Origin: Frankiales bacterium
GTDB taxonomy: Bacteria; Actinomycetota; Actinomycetes; Mycobacteriales; SCTD01
Assembly (NCBI GenBank): GCA_025465135.1
Contig: JAODNA010000084.1
Coordinates: 2,599 to 66,598 of the forward strand
Direction: 5' to 3'
DNA length: 64,000 nt
Shown here: positions 41,867-55,956 of the stretch, piece by piece
Position numbering within the stretch: the first letter of the stretch is position 1
Layout: each line of letters opens with the position of its first letter
Program-made: the position numbers and the translations under genes
Notes under the pieces: generated by a model
The model's database searches: none
The model's input: the letters and a program-made list of their open reading frames with translations, nothing else
What the model was told of the DNA's origin: nothing

Positions 41867-42865
41867 ATGCGGCTACGCCTGGCAGTCACCTTCGTGCTTC
41901 TCGCTGCGAGCACGGCCACGGCTCAGGGTGTCCTGGCGTCCGCACCGGCGTCGTGCGCCCCGCTCGCGGCTCGCGGTCCCCAGAACGGGCACAGCACGAC
42001 CCCACCGCCGCCGGCGCCGGTGCTGTTCGCGAAGGACTTCCGGGCACCGCTGGACTGCGAGTGGGGCATGGTGCTCGGCGGCTGGGGCGGGATCCGCAAA
42101 GGCGCTCCGCTGCACCACGACCCGGTCATCTTCGTCCACGGCAACCACAGTGACGCCGTCGACTGGTTCGGTGTCGCCGACGCGTTCAGGGCAGCCGGCT
42201 ACAGCGACCAGGAGCTGTGGGCTGTCTCCTACAACGGTCTCGGCGGACAGGTCGATGGCGCGCCGGTGGTCTGCCCGTGCCCGCCCAGCCAGCGGGCTCG
42301 CGACTACATGTCCCGCTCGGACGTCGCGCCGTACGCCGCCGAGGGCGGTCAGTACGCCGCCAACGCCGTCAACGTCCCCGACCTCTACGCCTTCACGAAG
42401 GCCGTCTTCGCGTACACCGGCGCTTCGCACGTGCAGTACGTCGGGCACTCGCTCGGCGTGACCGTCATCCGGAAGATGCTCTTCGATCATCCCGAGCTCT
42501 ACCGGCGTACCTCGGCGGTGGTGTCGATCGCCGGCGGCAACCACGGGACGTCCCTGTGCCGTGGCATGGAGGCGACGCTCTACGGCTGCGACGAGGTGGC
42601 GCCGGGCACGCCCTGGCTCAACCGCCTCAACGCCGCGGGTGAGTCACCGGGACCGACCAGGTGGATGGCCATCTTCAACGGCACCGATGACCTCGACCCG
42701 TTCTTCGTCCAGGGGCCGACCTACGACGACCGGTTGAGCCCTCGCCTGGCCGGCGCCACGAACCTGATGTACGGCGACGCCTACCACAGCGACCTGCGGG
42801 TCCGGCCCGACATCGTGGCGACCTACCTGGCGTTCCTGAGCAAGAACAGCTTTCTGCGCAGCTGA
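41867..42865 (+). CDS. Secreted lipase/esterase (class 2 lipase-like alpha/beta hydrolase)
   Basis: Signal peptide MRLRLAVTFVLLAASTATAQG, then VHGNHSD and nucleophile VGHSLGV. Confidence 0.8.
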   Translation: MRLRLAVTFVLLAASTATAQGVLASAPASCAPLAARGPQNGHSTTPPPPAPVLFAKDFRAPLDCEWGMVLGGWGGIRKGAPLHHDPVIFVHGNHSDAVDWFGVADAFRAAGYSDQELWAVSYNGLGGQVDGAPVVCPCPPSQRARDYMSRSDVAPYAAEGGQYAANAVNVPDLYAFTKAVFAYTGASHVQYVGHSLGVTVIRKMLFDHPELYRRTSAVVSIAGGNHGTSLCRGMEATLYGCDEVAPGTPWLNRLNAAGESPGPTRWMAIFNGTDDLDPFFVQGPTYDDRLSPRLAGATNLMYGDAYHSDLRVRPDIVATYLAFLSKNSFLRS

Positions 42866-42868
42866 CGC

Positions 42869-44032
42869 TCACGCGACGCGTTGGCCCTTCGGCAGGTTGC
42901 GGCTCGGGGTGGCCAGCCGCCGGGTCGTGACCCAGAGCGCACCGGCAGCCACCGCCACGTCGAAGGCGAGCCCGTACGGCCATACCGGCCGTCGTCGCTT
43001 CGGCGGGTCGAGCGCGATGCTCAGCTGGCTGCTGTAGCCGCCGCTGACCGGACCCACCTGGCTGTAGCCGACGGTGCTGCGTCCGATCGCCGTAGGAGGC
43101 TCGCGCAGCCCGCGCACGGCTCGGCCCAGTCCACCGAGCGGGTCGATGTCGCGGGCGTCCTGCCGGAAGACGCCGCGCTGCTCGTCGGCTTGCCGCTGGC
43201 GCTTCTGGGCTGCCGTCAGCGGTGGGAGCTGTGGGGCCGCATCGGCGAGGATCACGAACGGGTTCGGGGCCAGCAGCCACCAGGTGCGATCCGTCCGCGA
43301 CCGCGTCTCCTGGAAGGTCTGGGTCTGACCGCAGCCCGCCAGGATCTGGTCACGTTGGGCCTGCGGAAGGTCCTGCGGGAGCTGGCTGGCCGACGGACAC
43401 GGGTTCTGGTAGCTGCTGGTGTAGGGCTCGGTCGTGATCGCGGTGGTGAGACCGAAGGCGATGAGAGTCCCGACCGTGAGGGCGAACACGGCGAGGTAGG
43501 CCAGTACGCCGGACGTCGTCGTACGGGACAGCAGTGCGGACAGCGCGAGAGAGATCGCGCAGACCGTCCCGAGCAGGAGGGCCAGCACGACGGTGACGAC
43601 GGCGACGCGCCCGACGGGCACGCCCTTCTGCGCGATCGCGTAGACGACCAGCGGGAGGGTGACGAAGAGGAAGACCAGTGCCGTTCCCCAGGCCGCAGCG
43701 AACTTGCCGAGGCAGATGTCGGCCGCCGACAAGCGCGTGACCTGCAGCGTCGCCAGAGTCCCGCGCTCGCGATCGCCGTTGACGGACTGCGCGGCAAGAG
43801 CCGGGACCACGAGCAAGGCGAGTCCGAGGACGAACAGCATCAGGCCGCCGTAGATGACGATGCCCTTGTCGGCGACGTCCTCGTTGCTGAAGCCCCCGAG
43901 CGCAGCGCGCAGCAGGCAAGTGAACAGGACCAGGACGGCGAACCAGATCGAGAGCAGCACGCGCCAGCGGCCGGCGCGGATGCGCAGCCGGAACTCCTGC
44001 TGCGCGACAGTCGCGATGCCGTGCGGGCTCAC
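42869..44032 (-). CDS. ABC-2-type transporter permease
   Basis: GTG 44032 (GTGA overlap with the ATPase stop). Multi-TM protein beginning VSPHGIATVAQQEFRLRIRAGRWR. Confidence 0.8.
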   Translation of the reverse strand: MSPHGIATVAQQEFRLRIRAGRWRVLLSIWFAVLVLFTCLLRAALGGFSNEDVADKGIVIYGGLMLFVLGLALLVVPALAAQSVNGDRERGTLATLQVTRLSAADICLGKFAAAWGTALVFLFVTLPLVVYAIAQKGVPVGRVAVVTVVLALLLGTVCAISLALSALLSRTTTSGVLAYLAVFALTVGTLIAFGLTTAITTEPYTSSYQNPCPSASQLPQDLPQAQRDQILAGCGQTQTFQETRSRTDRTWWLLAPNPFVILADAAPQLPPLTAAQKRQRQADEQRGVFRQDARDIDPLGGLGRAVRGLREPPTAIGRSTVGYSQVGPVSGGYSSQLSIALDPPKRRRPVWPYGLAFDVAVAAGALWVTTRRLATPSRNLPKGQRVA

Positions 44033-44949
44033 TGGGTGAGCTCGAGGTAGGCGGCCTCGAGGGCGCCGCCGAGCGGCTGGCACGACACGACCCGGATGCC
44101 GTCGCGTACGAGCCCGGCGAGCAGATCCGCGGCGGCCTCGTCGCCCGTGATCCGCACATCGACCCCCGCCGGGCCGGGCACGTCGTGGTCGTAGCCGTTG
44201 CGGGTCAGTGCCGCGACGAGCGCGTCCGTGTCGAGTGCGCGAAGCCGCCATGGCCGGGCGACGGTGGCCTCGGGCAGCTGGTCCAGGCGGTGCTCCCCGA
44301 CGGTGGCACCGCGGTCCACGAACACGACGCGGTCGGCGAGCTCCTCGAGGTCACCGAGGAGGTGGCTGGAGACGATGACCGCCGTCCCGGCGGCAGCGAG
44401 CGCGCGCAGCAGGTCGCGCAGCTCCACCCGGCTGCGTGGGTCGAGGCCCGAGGCCGGTTCGTCGAGGAGCAGCACCTCGGGCTCGTGCACGAGCGCGCGG
44501 GTCAGGCCGAGCCGCTGCTTCTGCCCGCGCGACAGGACGTGCACGGGCCGGTCGGCGAACTCCGCGAGCCGCGCGAGATCGAGCAGCTCCTGCGCGCGCG
44601 CCTTCGCCCGGGCCGGTCCAAGCCGGTAGGCGTCGGCGAAGAACTGCAGGTACTCCCGTGCGGTCAGGTTGTCGTAGAGCCCGAAGACGTCGGGCGACCA
44701 GCCCATCCGGGCGCGCACGGCGTCGGGCTCGCGGACCGGGTCGAAGCCGGCGACGCGCACCTCACCGGCGTCCGGGACGAGCAGGGTTGCGAGGACGAGC
44801 AGCAGGGTCGTCTTGCCGGCGCCGTTGGGCCCGACCAGCGCGGTGACCTCACCCGGCGCCGCCGTCAGGTCGATGCCGCGCACCGCCTCCACGTCGCCGA
44901 ACCGCCGTCGTACGCCCTGCGCGACCACGCCCGCACCGGTGCTCGTCAT
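44029..44949 (-). CDS. ABC transporter ATP-binding protein
   Basis: Walker A GPNGAGKTT, signature LSRGQKQRL, Walker B LLLDEP. ATG 44949. Confidence 0.92.
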   Translation of the reverse strand: MTSTGAGVVAQGVRRRFGDVEAVRGIDLTAAPGEVTALVGPNGAGKTTLLLVLATLLVPDAGEVRVAGFDPVREPDAVRARMGWSPDVFGLYDNLTAREYLQFFADAYRLGPARAKARAQELLDLARLAEFADRPVHVLSRGQKQRLGLTRALVHEPEVLLLDEPASGLDPRSRVELRDLLRALAAAGTAVIVSSHLLGDLEELADRVVFVDRGATVGEHRLDQLPEATVARPWRLRALDTDALVAALTRNGYDHDVPGPAGVDVRITGDEAAADLLAGLVRDGIRVVSCQPLGGALEAAYLELTQ

Positions 44950-44986
44950 GGCCGCACGGTAGAGCGTTGTCGGTAGTCTTGGGGGC

Positions 44987-46240
44987 ATGGGACTCGTCGT
45001 GCAGAAGTACGGCGGCTCCTCGGTGTCGGACGCCGAGCGCATCAAGCGGGTCGCCGAGCGCATCGTCGCGACGAAGAAGGACGGGCACGACGTCTGCGTC
45101 GTCGTCTCGGCGATGGGCGACACCACGGACAACCTGCTCGACCTCGCCCAGCAGGTGTCGCCGCTGCCGCCGGGCCGCGAGCTCGACATGCTTCTCACCG
45201 CCGGCGAGCGGATCTCGATGGCACTGCTGGCCATGGCGATCCAGTCGCTCGGGCTCTCGGCCCGCTCCTTCACCGGCTCGCAGGCCGGTGTCATCACCGA
45301 CTCGTCGCACGGCCGGGCACGCATCATCGACGTCACGCCGGGCCGCATCACCGAGGCGATCGCCAAGGGCCACATCGCGATCGTCGCCGGGTTCCAGGGA
45401 GTCAGCCAGGACACCAAGGACATCACGACACTCGGGCGCGGCGGCTCCGACACCACCGCCGTCGCGCTGGCGGCCGCGCTTGGTGCGGAGGTCTGCGAGA
45501 TCTACAGCGACGTCGACGGCGTGTACTCCGCAGACCCCCGCATCGTCCCCAACGCGCGGCACCAGAAGACAGTTTCCTACGAGGAGATGCTCGAGCTCGC
45601 CGCTTCCGGCGCGAAGATCCTGCACCTCCGGTGCGTCGAGTACGCCCGCCGCTACCACGTGCCCCTCGTCGTTCGCTCGTCGTTCTCGACCAACCCAGGC
45701 ACCCTGATCACAGGAGACGTCCCCGTGGAGCAAGCCATCATCAGCGGGGTCGCTCACGACCTCAGTGAGGCGCGGGTGACCGTCGTCGGTGTGCCGGACA
45801 AGCCCGGTGAGGCCGCGGCCATCTTCCGTGCCGTCGCCGATGCCGAGGTCAACATCGACATGATCGTGCAGAACGTCTCCGGCGCGACCGACCGGACCGA
45901 CATCTCCTTCACGCTGCCCAAGAGCGACCTCGCCACCGCGATGGCGTCGCTGTCGAAGCTGCAGGCGGCCGTGGGCTTCGAGCAGCTGCTGTCCGACGAG
46001 CACATCGGAAAGGTGTCACTCGTCGGCGCAGGCATGAAGTCGCACCCTGGTGTCACGGCGACGTTCTTCGAGGCCCTCGCCAAGGCCGGCATCAACGCCG
46101 AGGCGATCAGCACCTCCGAGATCCGGATCTCCGTCGTCTGCCGCGACACGACCGTGCCCGCCGCCGTACGCGCGATCCACGAGGCCTTCGAGCTGGGGAC
46201 CGACACCGAGGCGACGGTCTACGCCGGGACCGGCCGCTAG
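44987..46240 (+). CDS. ask: Aspartate kinase (alpha subunit)
   Basis: [33 protein letters not shown] and C-terminal ACT domains. Confidence 0.95.
   Translation: MGLVVQKYGGSSVSDAERIKRVAERIVATKKDGHDVCVVVSAMGDTTDNLLDLAQQVSPLPPGRELDMLLTAGERISMALLAMAIQSLGLSARSFTGSQAGVITDSSHGRARIIDVTPGRITEAIAKGHIAIVAGFQGVSQDTKDITTLGRGGSDTTAVALAAALGAEVCEIYSDVDGVYSADPRIVPNARHQKTVSYEEMLELAASGAKILHLRCVEYARRYHVPLVVRSSFSTNPGTLITGDVPVEQAIISGVAHDLSEARVTVVGVPDKPGEAAAIFRAVADAEVNIDMIVQNVSGATDRTDISFTLPKSDLATAMASLSKLQAAVGFEQLLSDEHIGKVSLVGAGMKSHPGVTATFFEALAKAGINAEAISTSEIRISVVCRDTTVPAAVRAIHEAFELGTDTEATVYAGTGR
45725..46240 (+). CDS. ask: Candidate in-frame aspartate kinase beta subunit (internal start)
   Basis: In-frame GTG 45725 is preceded by ggaga 7 nt upstream. 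The product starts [22 protein letters not shown]. This position is equivalent to the lysC-beta start described in Corynebacterium and Mycobacterium. Confidence 0.5.
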   Translation: MEQAIISGVAHDLSEARVTVVGVPDKPGEAAAIFRAVADAEVNIDMIVQNVSGATDRTDISFTLPKSDLATAMASLSKLQAAVGFEQLLSDEHIGKVSLVGAGMKSHPGVTATFFEALAKAGINAEAISTSEIRISVVCRDTTVPAAVRAIHEAFELGTDTEATVYAGTGR

Positions 46241-46632
46241 CTCCCGTCGGTCACCAGGCGTCGGTGCAGCTCCTGGGTCAGCCCGTGGATCTCGCGGGTG
46301 AGCTGGGTGTTGGTCTTCAGCTCGAGCTCCTGCTCCTGGAAGTCATGGTCGGCCTTCGCCTGCTGGAACGACGCCGCGCGGTTCTGCCCGATCATCACGA
46401 AGGTCGACAGGAAGATCGCCTCCAACGAGACGGTGAGCGTGAGCGTCGGCCAGGGGTTCTTCTCGACGAAGAGCATCCAGACCACGAACACGACGATGTG
46501 GACGTAGACGAACTTCATCGAGCCCGCGAACGACGTGATGGCGTCGGCGACGCGGAGCTGGACGTCGGCAGCGCGGCTCTCGCGGTGGGCGACGACGACG
46601 GGGTGCTGCTGCTGCGGCGTGGTCTGCGTCAT
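46237..46632 (-). CDS. DUF1003-family membrane protein
   Basis: ATG 46632. ...[22 protein letters not shown]...[20 protein letters not shown]... Confidence 0.75.
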   Translation of the reverse strand: MTQTTPQQQHPVVVAHRESRAADVQLRVADAITSFAGSMKFVYVHIVVFVVWMLFVEKNPWPTLTLTVSLEAIFLSTFVMIGQNRAASFQQAKADHDFQEQELELKTNTQLTREIHGLTQELHRRLVTDGS

Positions 46633-46717
46633 GTCGCCACTGTGACGGGTGGGACCCCGAACGTGCGGTAGGCGTCGTGTCGGCAGGACTTCGTGGCGCC
46701 GCGGCGAAGCCCTGACC

Positions 46718-48148
46718 ATGCGCATCTCAGCTCGCTGTCGCCTCGCCGCCGCCACCGTCATCGCCGTGTCTGCCGTCGCTGTCGCCGGAACGGCCAGCGG
46801 CGCCACAGCGCCGAAGCCCCCGGCGCCGACCCCGGGCATCGCCTGCGACAAGGGCTCGCTGCCGGAGAAGGTCCAGGGGCGGGCCCCGAAGTCCGACGTG
46901 GCGACCGGTCGGGTCAACCTCGGCTACACCTGCAACGCCCGGATGATCAGCCACTTCGGAGCCACCGGCGGCTACCGCGTGGAGCGCTACGTCGACAAGG
47001 CCGGCCACGAGTGCGCGTTCTACGACTCCTCGCTCCTGTTCCCCGCGTTCGTCGCGGATCAGGGCGCGGAGACGACCGGCACCTACGTGATGGACATGAC
47101 CGACCCCGCGCACCCGGTCCACACCGACACGCTGCGCACCCCGGCGTTCCAGTCGCCGCACGAGTCGGTGCGCCTCAACACCAAGCGCGGTCTGCTCGTC
47201 GCGGACATGGGCAACCCGACGTCCTCGCCCGGGTTCGTGGACGTCTTCGACGTCACGGCCGACTGCCGCCACCCCGCTCTGCAGTCCTCCACCCCGCTCG
47301 GCGTCCTCGGCCACGAGAGCGGCTTCTCCCCGGACGGACTCACGTTCTACGTCGCCTCGCTCGGCGGCAAGACGCTGGCGGCCGTCGATCTGACCAACCC
47401 GATGGTCCCCAGCCTGCTGTGGCTGTCGCGCGACTACTCGCCCCACGGCGTCTCGATCAGCGACGACGGCAACCGGCTCTACATGGCGGACGACGGATCA
47501 GGCACCAAGGGCCTGACGATCCTCGACGTCTCGCAGGTCCAGAAGCGCGTCTCGAACCCGGTCGTCCCGCAGGTCGCTCACCTGACCTGGCCCGAGGTCG
47601 GCACTCCGCAGAACGCGACGCCGTACACACAGCACGGACACGCGTACCTCCTCGAGACCGATGAGTTCGGCTCCGCGGCCAACATCGGTGCGGCCCGCAT
47701 CATCGACATCGCGAACGAGAAGAAGCCCTTCGTCGTGTCCAACCTGCGCCTCGCGGTCAACTCGGCGTCGATGCAGGGACCGGACCTGGAAGCAGACCCC
47801 GGCAACGACCAGCTGTTCCAGGGCTACCAGGGCCACTACTGCTCGCTCCCGAGCCGGGTCGACCCGACCATCGTTGCCTGCAGCTTCATCATGTCGGGCC
47901 TGCGGGTCTTCAACATCTCGAGCCCGTCGAAGCCCGTCGAAGTCGCCTACTTCAACAAGCCCCTGCTCGCCGGGAAGGGCACCAACCCCAACCAGGTCGG
48001 TGCGTTCGCGATGTCGGCGCCGGCCTACGACGAGGCGACGCACGACATCTGGTACTCCGACGGGAACAGCGGCTTCTACGTCGTGCGCCTGACTGCCGCG
48101 GCGAGGGCCGACCGGTTCGCCGCTCGCATCGAGAACCCGGGCAACTAG
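46718..48148 (+). CDS. Secreted hypothetical protein, LVIVD-like beta-propeller repeats
   Basis: Signal peptide MRISARCRLAAATVIAVSAVAVAGTASG. Repeated motifs FVDVFDVT, LAAVDLTNP, GLTILDVS, GLRVFNISSPSKP. Confidence 0.6.
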   Translation: MRISARCRLAAATVIAVSAVAVAGTASGATAPKPPAPTPGIACDKGSLPEKVQGRAPKSDVATGRVNLGYTCNARMISHFGATGGYRVERYVDKAGHECAFYDSSLLFPAFVADQGAETTGTYVMDMTDPAHPVHTDTLRTPAFQSPHESVRLNTKRGLLVADMGNPTSSPGFVDVFDVTADCRHPALQSSTPLGVLGHESGFSPDGLTFYVASLGGKTLAAVDLTNPMVPSLLWLSRDYSPHGVSISDDGNRLYMADDGSGTKGLTILDVSQVQKRVSNPVVPQVAHLTWPEVGTPQNATPYTQHGHAYLLETDEFGSAANIGAARIIDIANEKKPFVVSNLRLAVNSASMQGPDLEADPGNDQLFQGYQGHYCSLPSRVDPTIVACSFIMSGLRVFNISSPSKPVEVAYFNKPLLAGKGTNPNQVGAFAMSAPAYDEATHDIWYSDGNSGFYVVRLTAAARADRFAARIENPGN

Positions 48149-48190
48149 CAACCACCGCGGACGCCTCCGGCCGTCGCGTACGGTCGGCCC

Positions 48191-51667
<3,477 letters not shown>

Positions 51668-51671
<4 letters not shown>

Positions 51672-52132
51672 GGCGCCTCGCGATCGGTCTCGCCCTGTGC
51701 CTCGCGCTGAGCTCGTGCTCGTCCTCGGGCTCGCCCGCCGCTTCGCTGCAGACGAAGATGAACGTCGTCATCGACGCCGCCAACGCGAAGGACGCCGCGG
51801 GCCTGCGGACCGCCGTTTCCGACTTCCTCCAGGAGGTGGCTGCGCAGAGCCAGAACGCCGACATCACGACCATCAAGGCGCAAGACCTGCGCACTGTCGC
51901 CGAGCGCGTGCTGGGCGATGCGTCCCTGCTGGAGGCCGCGCCGAGCCCCTCCCCGGTGAGCTCGCCGTCCCCGTCGCCCTCGCCGCTGCCGTCGCCCTCG
52001 CCCTCGCCGTCCCCGTCGCCGTCCCCGTCGCCCTCGCCCGCTCCGGCGCCGCCGAGTCCCGACGCCGTCCCGTCCGTCGTCGTGACGTCGTCGCCTGCTC
52101 TGCTCGCGAGCCCCGCCGCGCCGCAGGCCTAG
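51668..52132 (+). CDS. Lipoprotein with a (SPSP)n low-complexity tail
   Basis: Lipobox LALSSC. SPSPVSSPSPSPSPLPSPSPSPSPSPSPSPSPAP. Confidence 0.7.
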
Positions 52133-53883
52133 CGCGGACCCGGCAGCCCGAGTCGCCGGGCCACGAAGTCCAGCTCGATGCGCGCCTGCTTCACGCGCTC
52201 GTCGATGACCAGCGAGCCGTGGCCCGCGTCGTAGCGGTAGACCTCGACGTCCTTGCCCAGCTCCGCCGCGGCCGCGAGGTAGTTGTCGATCTGCCGGATC
52301 GGGCAGCGCGGGTCGTTGGCCCCGGCGGTCACGAGAACCGGCGCGACGACGTCGGCGACGTAGGTCAGCGGAGAGCACCGCTCGTAGACGTCCGGCACCT
52401 CCTGCGGTGACCCGCCGAACAGCGAGCTGTCGAAGGCCTTGAGCGGCTCCATCTCGTCCTCGAAGGCCGCGACGTAGTCGGCGACCGGGACGGCGGCCAC
52501 AGCGGCCGCCCAGAGGGCCGGTTGGGTGCCGACCGCAAGCAGGGCGAGGTAGCCGCCCCACGAGGCGCCGTTGATGACGCAGCGCGCCGGGTCGGCCAAG
52601 CCGCTGTCGACGGCCCACCGCACGACCGCTTCGACGTCCTCGAGCTCCGTGAGCCCGGGCCGACCGGTGATCGCGTCGCGCCAGGCGGACCCGTAACCGG
52701 TGGAACCGCGGTAGTTGACGTCGACGACCGCGCAACCCAGGTCGACGAAGGCAGCCCGCTCCGGGTAGAACGCGTCCTCGTCCAGGTGGTGCGGGCCGCC
52801 GTGAACATGGAACAGCGTCGGCCACGGCCCGACCCCCGTCGGCACCGACACCAGCGCGTGGATCGTGCCACCGGGGCCCTTGACGAACGCGTCGGTCACC
52901 GGCACAGAGGACGGCGCGACCGGCTCCGGCGCCCGCAGCACGACAGGGCCGCCGACGGCGAGGATCACGGACGGCTCGGCGGCAGAGGACCAGGAGAACT
53001 CCACGATCCCGCCCGGTCGCGCCGTCGCGTCGGTCACGGAGCCCGCGGGCGTGGCGAGCTGCGTCACCGTGCCGTCGAGCTCAACTCGGTGCAGCGTGGA
53101 CCGGGCGCGAGACTCCGCGACGACGAGCAGGGCACTGCCGTCGGCGTACCAGTCCGCGTTGAGGTCACCGGCCAGGTCGACGTCGAGCCGGTCGACGTGG
53201 TCGGACACGGGATCCCACAGCAGCGGCAGTGGCCGGCCGTCCTGCTCGTGCATCGCGAGCACGACCGCCCCGCCGGCCGGTGAGAAGCCGACGCCGTGCA
53301 GCCCTCGTCCCTCGCCGTCCCACAGATCGCGGATGACCGTGCCGTCGACGTGCATCACGCGAAGCGCGGGATGCCGGGAGTCGCCGTGCTCGGAGTGCTC
53401 GAGCAGCACCAGGCTCTCGTCCCGGGACAGTCCGGCGACGGAGGCGTCGTGGCTGCTCGCGTAGAGAAGGGACGTGCCTTGGGGCCGTACGACGTGGATG
53501 GTCGTCCCGTCGTCCGTCGACGTCCCGATCACCGAGAGCGTGCGTCCGATCTCGAGGCCGGCGGAGTAGCCCGCGGGGACGTGCTGCGCCGCCTGCTGGT
53601 CCGGCCCGCCGCCGAAGGGCTGGCGACGCCAGACGCCGAACTCGTCACCGTCCGAGTCGTCGAACCACCAGATGTGCAGACCGTCCGGGGAGAGCCGGCC
53701 GTCGGTCGTCCCGTTGGGTCGCGACGTCACCTGTCGGTGCATTCCCGATGAGCGGTCCCACGCATGCAGCTCGAAGATGCCGGTCTGGTTGGAGACGTAG
53801 AGGCAGCGGTCGGGCGCGTCCTCGGCCCACTCGGGCAGCCACACCTTGGGTGCGCGGAAGCGCAGCTCCCAGTCGGCCGTCAC
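52129..53883 (-). CDS. S9-family prolyl oligopeptidase/dipeptidyl aminopeptidase-like serine peptidase
   Basis: GTG 53883 (GTGA overlap). N-terminal beta-propeller, nucleophile GASWGGY, then DPRCP and GHG. Confidence 0.85.
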   Translation of the reverse strand: MTADWELRFRAPKVWLPEWAEDAPDRCLYVSNQTGIFELHAWDRSSGMHRQVTSRPNGTTDGRLSPDGLHIWWFDDSDGDEFGVWRRQPFGGGPDQQAAQHVPAGYSAGLEIGRTLSVIGTSTDDGTTIHVVRPQGTSLLYASSHDASVAGLSRDESLVLLEHSEHGDSRHPALRVMHVDGTVIRDLWDGEGRGLHGVGFSPAGGAVVLAMHEQDGRPLPLLWDPVSDHVDRLDVDLAGDLNADWYADGSALLVVAESRARSTLHRVELDGTVTQLATPAGSVTDATARPGGIVEFSWSSAAEPSVILAVGGPVVLRAPEPVAPSSVPVTDAFVKGPGGTIHALVSVPTGVGPWPTLFHVHGGPHHLDEDAFYPERAAFVDLGCAVVDVNYRGSTGYGSAWRDAITGRPGLTELEDVEAVVRWAVDSGLADPARCVINGASWGGYLALLAVGTQPALWAAAVAAVPVADYVAAFEDEMEPLKAFDSSLFGGSPQEVPDVYERCSPLTYVADVVAPVLVTAGANDPRCPIRQIDNYLAAAAELGKDVEVYRYDAGHGSLVIDERVKQARIELDFVARRLGLPGPR

Positions 53884-54899
53884 AGGATCTCCCAGCGGAG
53901 CTCGCCGTTGTCGTCGACGCCGGACACCGCGTCGAGAAAGGCCCTGGGGGACAGGGCTTCTGCCGGTGCCTGTGCACCCGTTCCGGCGATCCGCTGCGAC
54001 GCCTCGACGAGCATGCGCGCGGTCAGGCCGTAGGCGTCGCGGCAGTGCACCGCGACCCGGGCCGAGCGGGTGCCGTTGCGCGCCTCGGCGACGACGAGGG
54101 CGTGTGCCTGGCCGCGTGCCTGCGGGTCGGGGCCCTCCTTCATGCGGTCGACGAGCCGGTGCAGGAGTGGACTCGCCGCGCGCGTCAGCGGCGTCGTGAG
54201 CTGTGCCAGTGGAGCGGCCAGGGCAGCCGCGCGGGTGAAGGCGTCGGGGGCGACGATGCCGCTGCGCACCGACGCGCCCGGCACGTGGAGAGGCACGGTG
54301 ACCCGCTCGCCCCATGGCACCTCCACGGCCGACAGCGGTCCGTCCGGACCTTCGACGACGATGCGTCGCGGAGTGAGGGAGGCAGCACTCAGAGCGCCCA
54401 CGGCGCTCCGGGCCGTACCGCGGGACGGCTTGCCGCCCTTCAGCCGGTAGAGCACGTCGATCTCCGCCGCGACGCCACCGAGCTCCTCGACGGCGATGGC
54501 CGCCGCGAGGTCGCCCGGGATGTAGTCGAAGCCGCAGGCGGGCACCAGCGGGGTCGCTGCGTCGCGGAAGCGGCGGTAGACCTCCGACATGAACGCGAAC
54601 TCGCCGGTCGAGTCGACGTAGGGCGTGCCGGTGCGGACCGCGGCCTCCACGACGGGCATGCCGTGCTCGGCGAACGGTCCGACGCAGGTGATCAGCACCT
54701 CGGCGCCGGCCAGGAACTCGTCGAGCGAGTCCTCGTCGGCAAGATCCACGACGTGCCTGCCGCCGGAGCACGGAACCGCCTCCAGTCGCTCCGCGGACCG
54801 GCCGCCGAGCCGGTGCTCGATGCCGCGACGCGCCAGCTCCGCAGCAACCAGGCGACCGGTGTAACCGGTCGCGCCGAGCAACGCGACGCTGCGGGTCAT
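53880..54899 (-). CDS. Saccharopine-dehydrogenase-like NAD(P)-binding oxidoreductase
   Basis: MTRSVALLGATGYTGRLVAAEL Rossmann start. 339 aa. Confidence 0.75.
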   Translation of the reverse strand: MTRSVALLGATGYTGRLVAAELARRGIEHRLGGRSAERLEAVPCSGGRHVVDLADEDSLDEFLAGAEVLITCVGPFAEHGMPVVEAAVRTGTPYVDSTGEFAFMSEVYRRFRDAATPLVPACGFDYIPGDLAAAIAVEELGGVAAEIDVLYRLKGGKPSRGTARSAVGALSAASLTPRRIVVEGPDGPLSAVEVPWGERVTVPLHVPGASVRSGIVAPDAFTRAAALAAPLAQLTTPLTRAASPLLHRLVDRMKEGPDPQARGQAHALVVAEARNGTRSARVAVHCRDAYGLTARMLVEASQRIAGTGAQAPAEALSPRAFLDAVSGVDDNGELRWEIL

Positions 54900-54968
54900 G
54901 AGTGCCTCCTGGCTGTCCTACGCAGAAGGGCCGCCCGACGTGGGCGGCCCTTCTGCGGGTGGCCGTGA

Positions 54969-55045
54969 TGGTCGGGGTGACAGGATTTGAACCTGCGGCC
55001 TCTACGTCCCGAACGTAGCGCGCTACCAAGCTGCGCCACACCCCG
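54969..55045 (-). tRNA. tRNA-Pro (anticodon CGG), CCA encoded
   Basis: The reverse complement gives cggggtg...caccccg-a-cca, anticodon loop ttCGGga and T-loop ggttcaaatcc. Confidence 0.92.
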
Positions 55046-55062
55046 ATTGCTGCGACCGCAGA

Positions 55063-55929
55063 CTACCGGACCGCAGCGAGTGTCAGCAGGCTCGCCTCCG
55101 GCCGGCAGCAGAGCCGGACGGGGGCGTACGGCGACGTGCCAAGACCTGCGCTCACCTGCAACCAGCCGTCCCCGTACGGCGACAAGCCGCGCGCCCGGGC
55201 GCGGTCGAGGTCGCAGTTGGTCACCAGTGCGCCGACGCCGGGTAGCCGCAGCTGACCTCCGTGCGTGTGGCCCGCGAGGACGAGGCGGTGCCCGTCGCCG
55301 AGAAACGCGTCGAGCACCCTGCGCTGCGGCGTGTGCGTCACGCCGATGCCCAGCCCATCAACTGCGCCGGCCACCTTCTCGTAGCGGTCGCGGCGCAGGT
55401 GCGCGTCGTCGGTACCGGTCAGCGTCACGCGACGACCGCGCAGGGACAGCGTCGTACGCCGATGGGTCAGGTCGATCCAGCCCAGGTCCTCGAGCATCGT
55501 TGCGGCACGCGCCCAGGGCAGGTCAGGGCCGCGGCGTCGGGGCGCCCCGCCGGTGAAGTAGCCGAGGATCGACGGCGGCAGCGGCGAGTAGTAGTCGTTG
55601 TTGCCAGGGACGAAGACCCCTGGCGTGCCGTCCGCCGTGAGGGCACCGAGCGTCGCCCCGAGCAACGGCATGGCGCGCACCGACGACCACAGGTCGCCCG
55701 TGCAGACGACCAGGTCTGGCCGAAGCCGGCCGAGTCCCTGCACCCAACGGGACCGCCGGCCGTGACGCGGCAGCAGGTGCAGGTCCGACAGGTGGAGGAT
55801 GCGAACCGGCTCGCTGCCCGCGGGTAGCAGGGCGACCGACGCGCGCCGCAGGACCGGGAAGTGCGGCTCCGCCAGCGCGCCGATCGCGACGGCCGTGCCT
55901 CCGAGCAGCAGGAGAGGACCGGGGCGCAT
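55063..55929 (-). CDS. Metallophosphoesterase
   Basis: ILHLSDLHL, CTGDLW, GNNDY, GHTHGGQ. Confidence 0.88.
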   Translation of the reverse strand: MRPGPLLLLGGTAVAIGALAEPHFPVLRRASVALLPAGSEPVRILHLSDLHLLPRHGRRSRWVQGLGRLRPDLVVCTGDLWSSVRAMPLLGATLGALTADGTPGVFVPGNNDYYSPLPPSILGYFTGGAPRRRGPDLPWARAATMLEDLGWIDLTHRRTTLSLRGRRVTLTGTDDAHLRRDRYEKVAGAVDGLGIGVTHTPQRRVLDAFLGDGHRLVLAGHTHGGQLRLPGVGALVTNCDLDRARARGLSPYGDGWLQVSAGLGTSPYAPVRLCCRPEASLLTLAAVR

Positions 55930-55956
55930 GGGGCCAGCCTAGGTAGGTTCGCAGGC

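Noticed and set aside
52129-55041. 970-aa minus-strand ORF
   Set aside because: The N-terminal ~385 aa are Arg/Gly-rich shadow sequence that overlaps the saccharopine-dehydrogenase-like gene in another frame and runs through tRNA-Pro. The real S9 peptidase starts at GTG 53883, coupled to the upstream stop.
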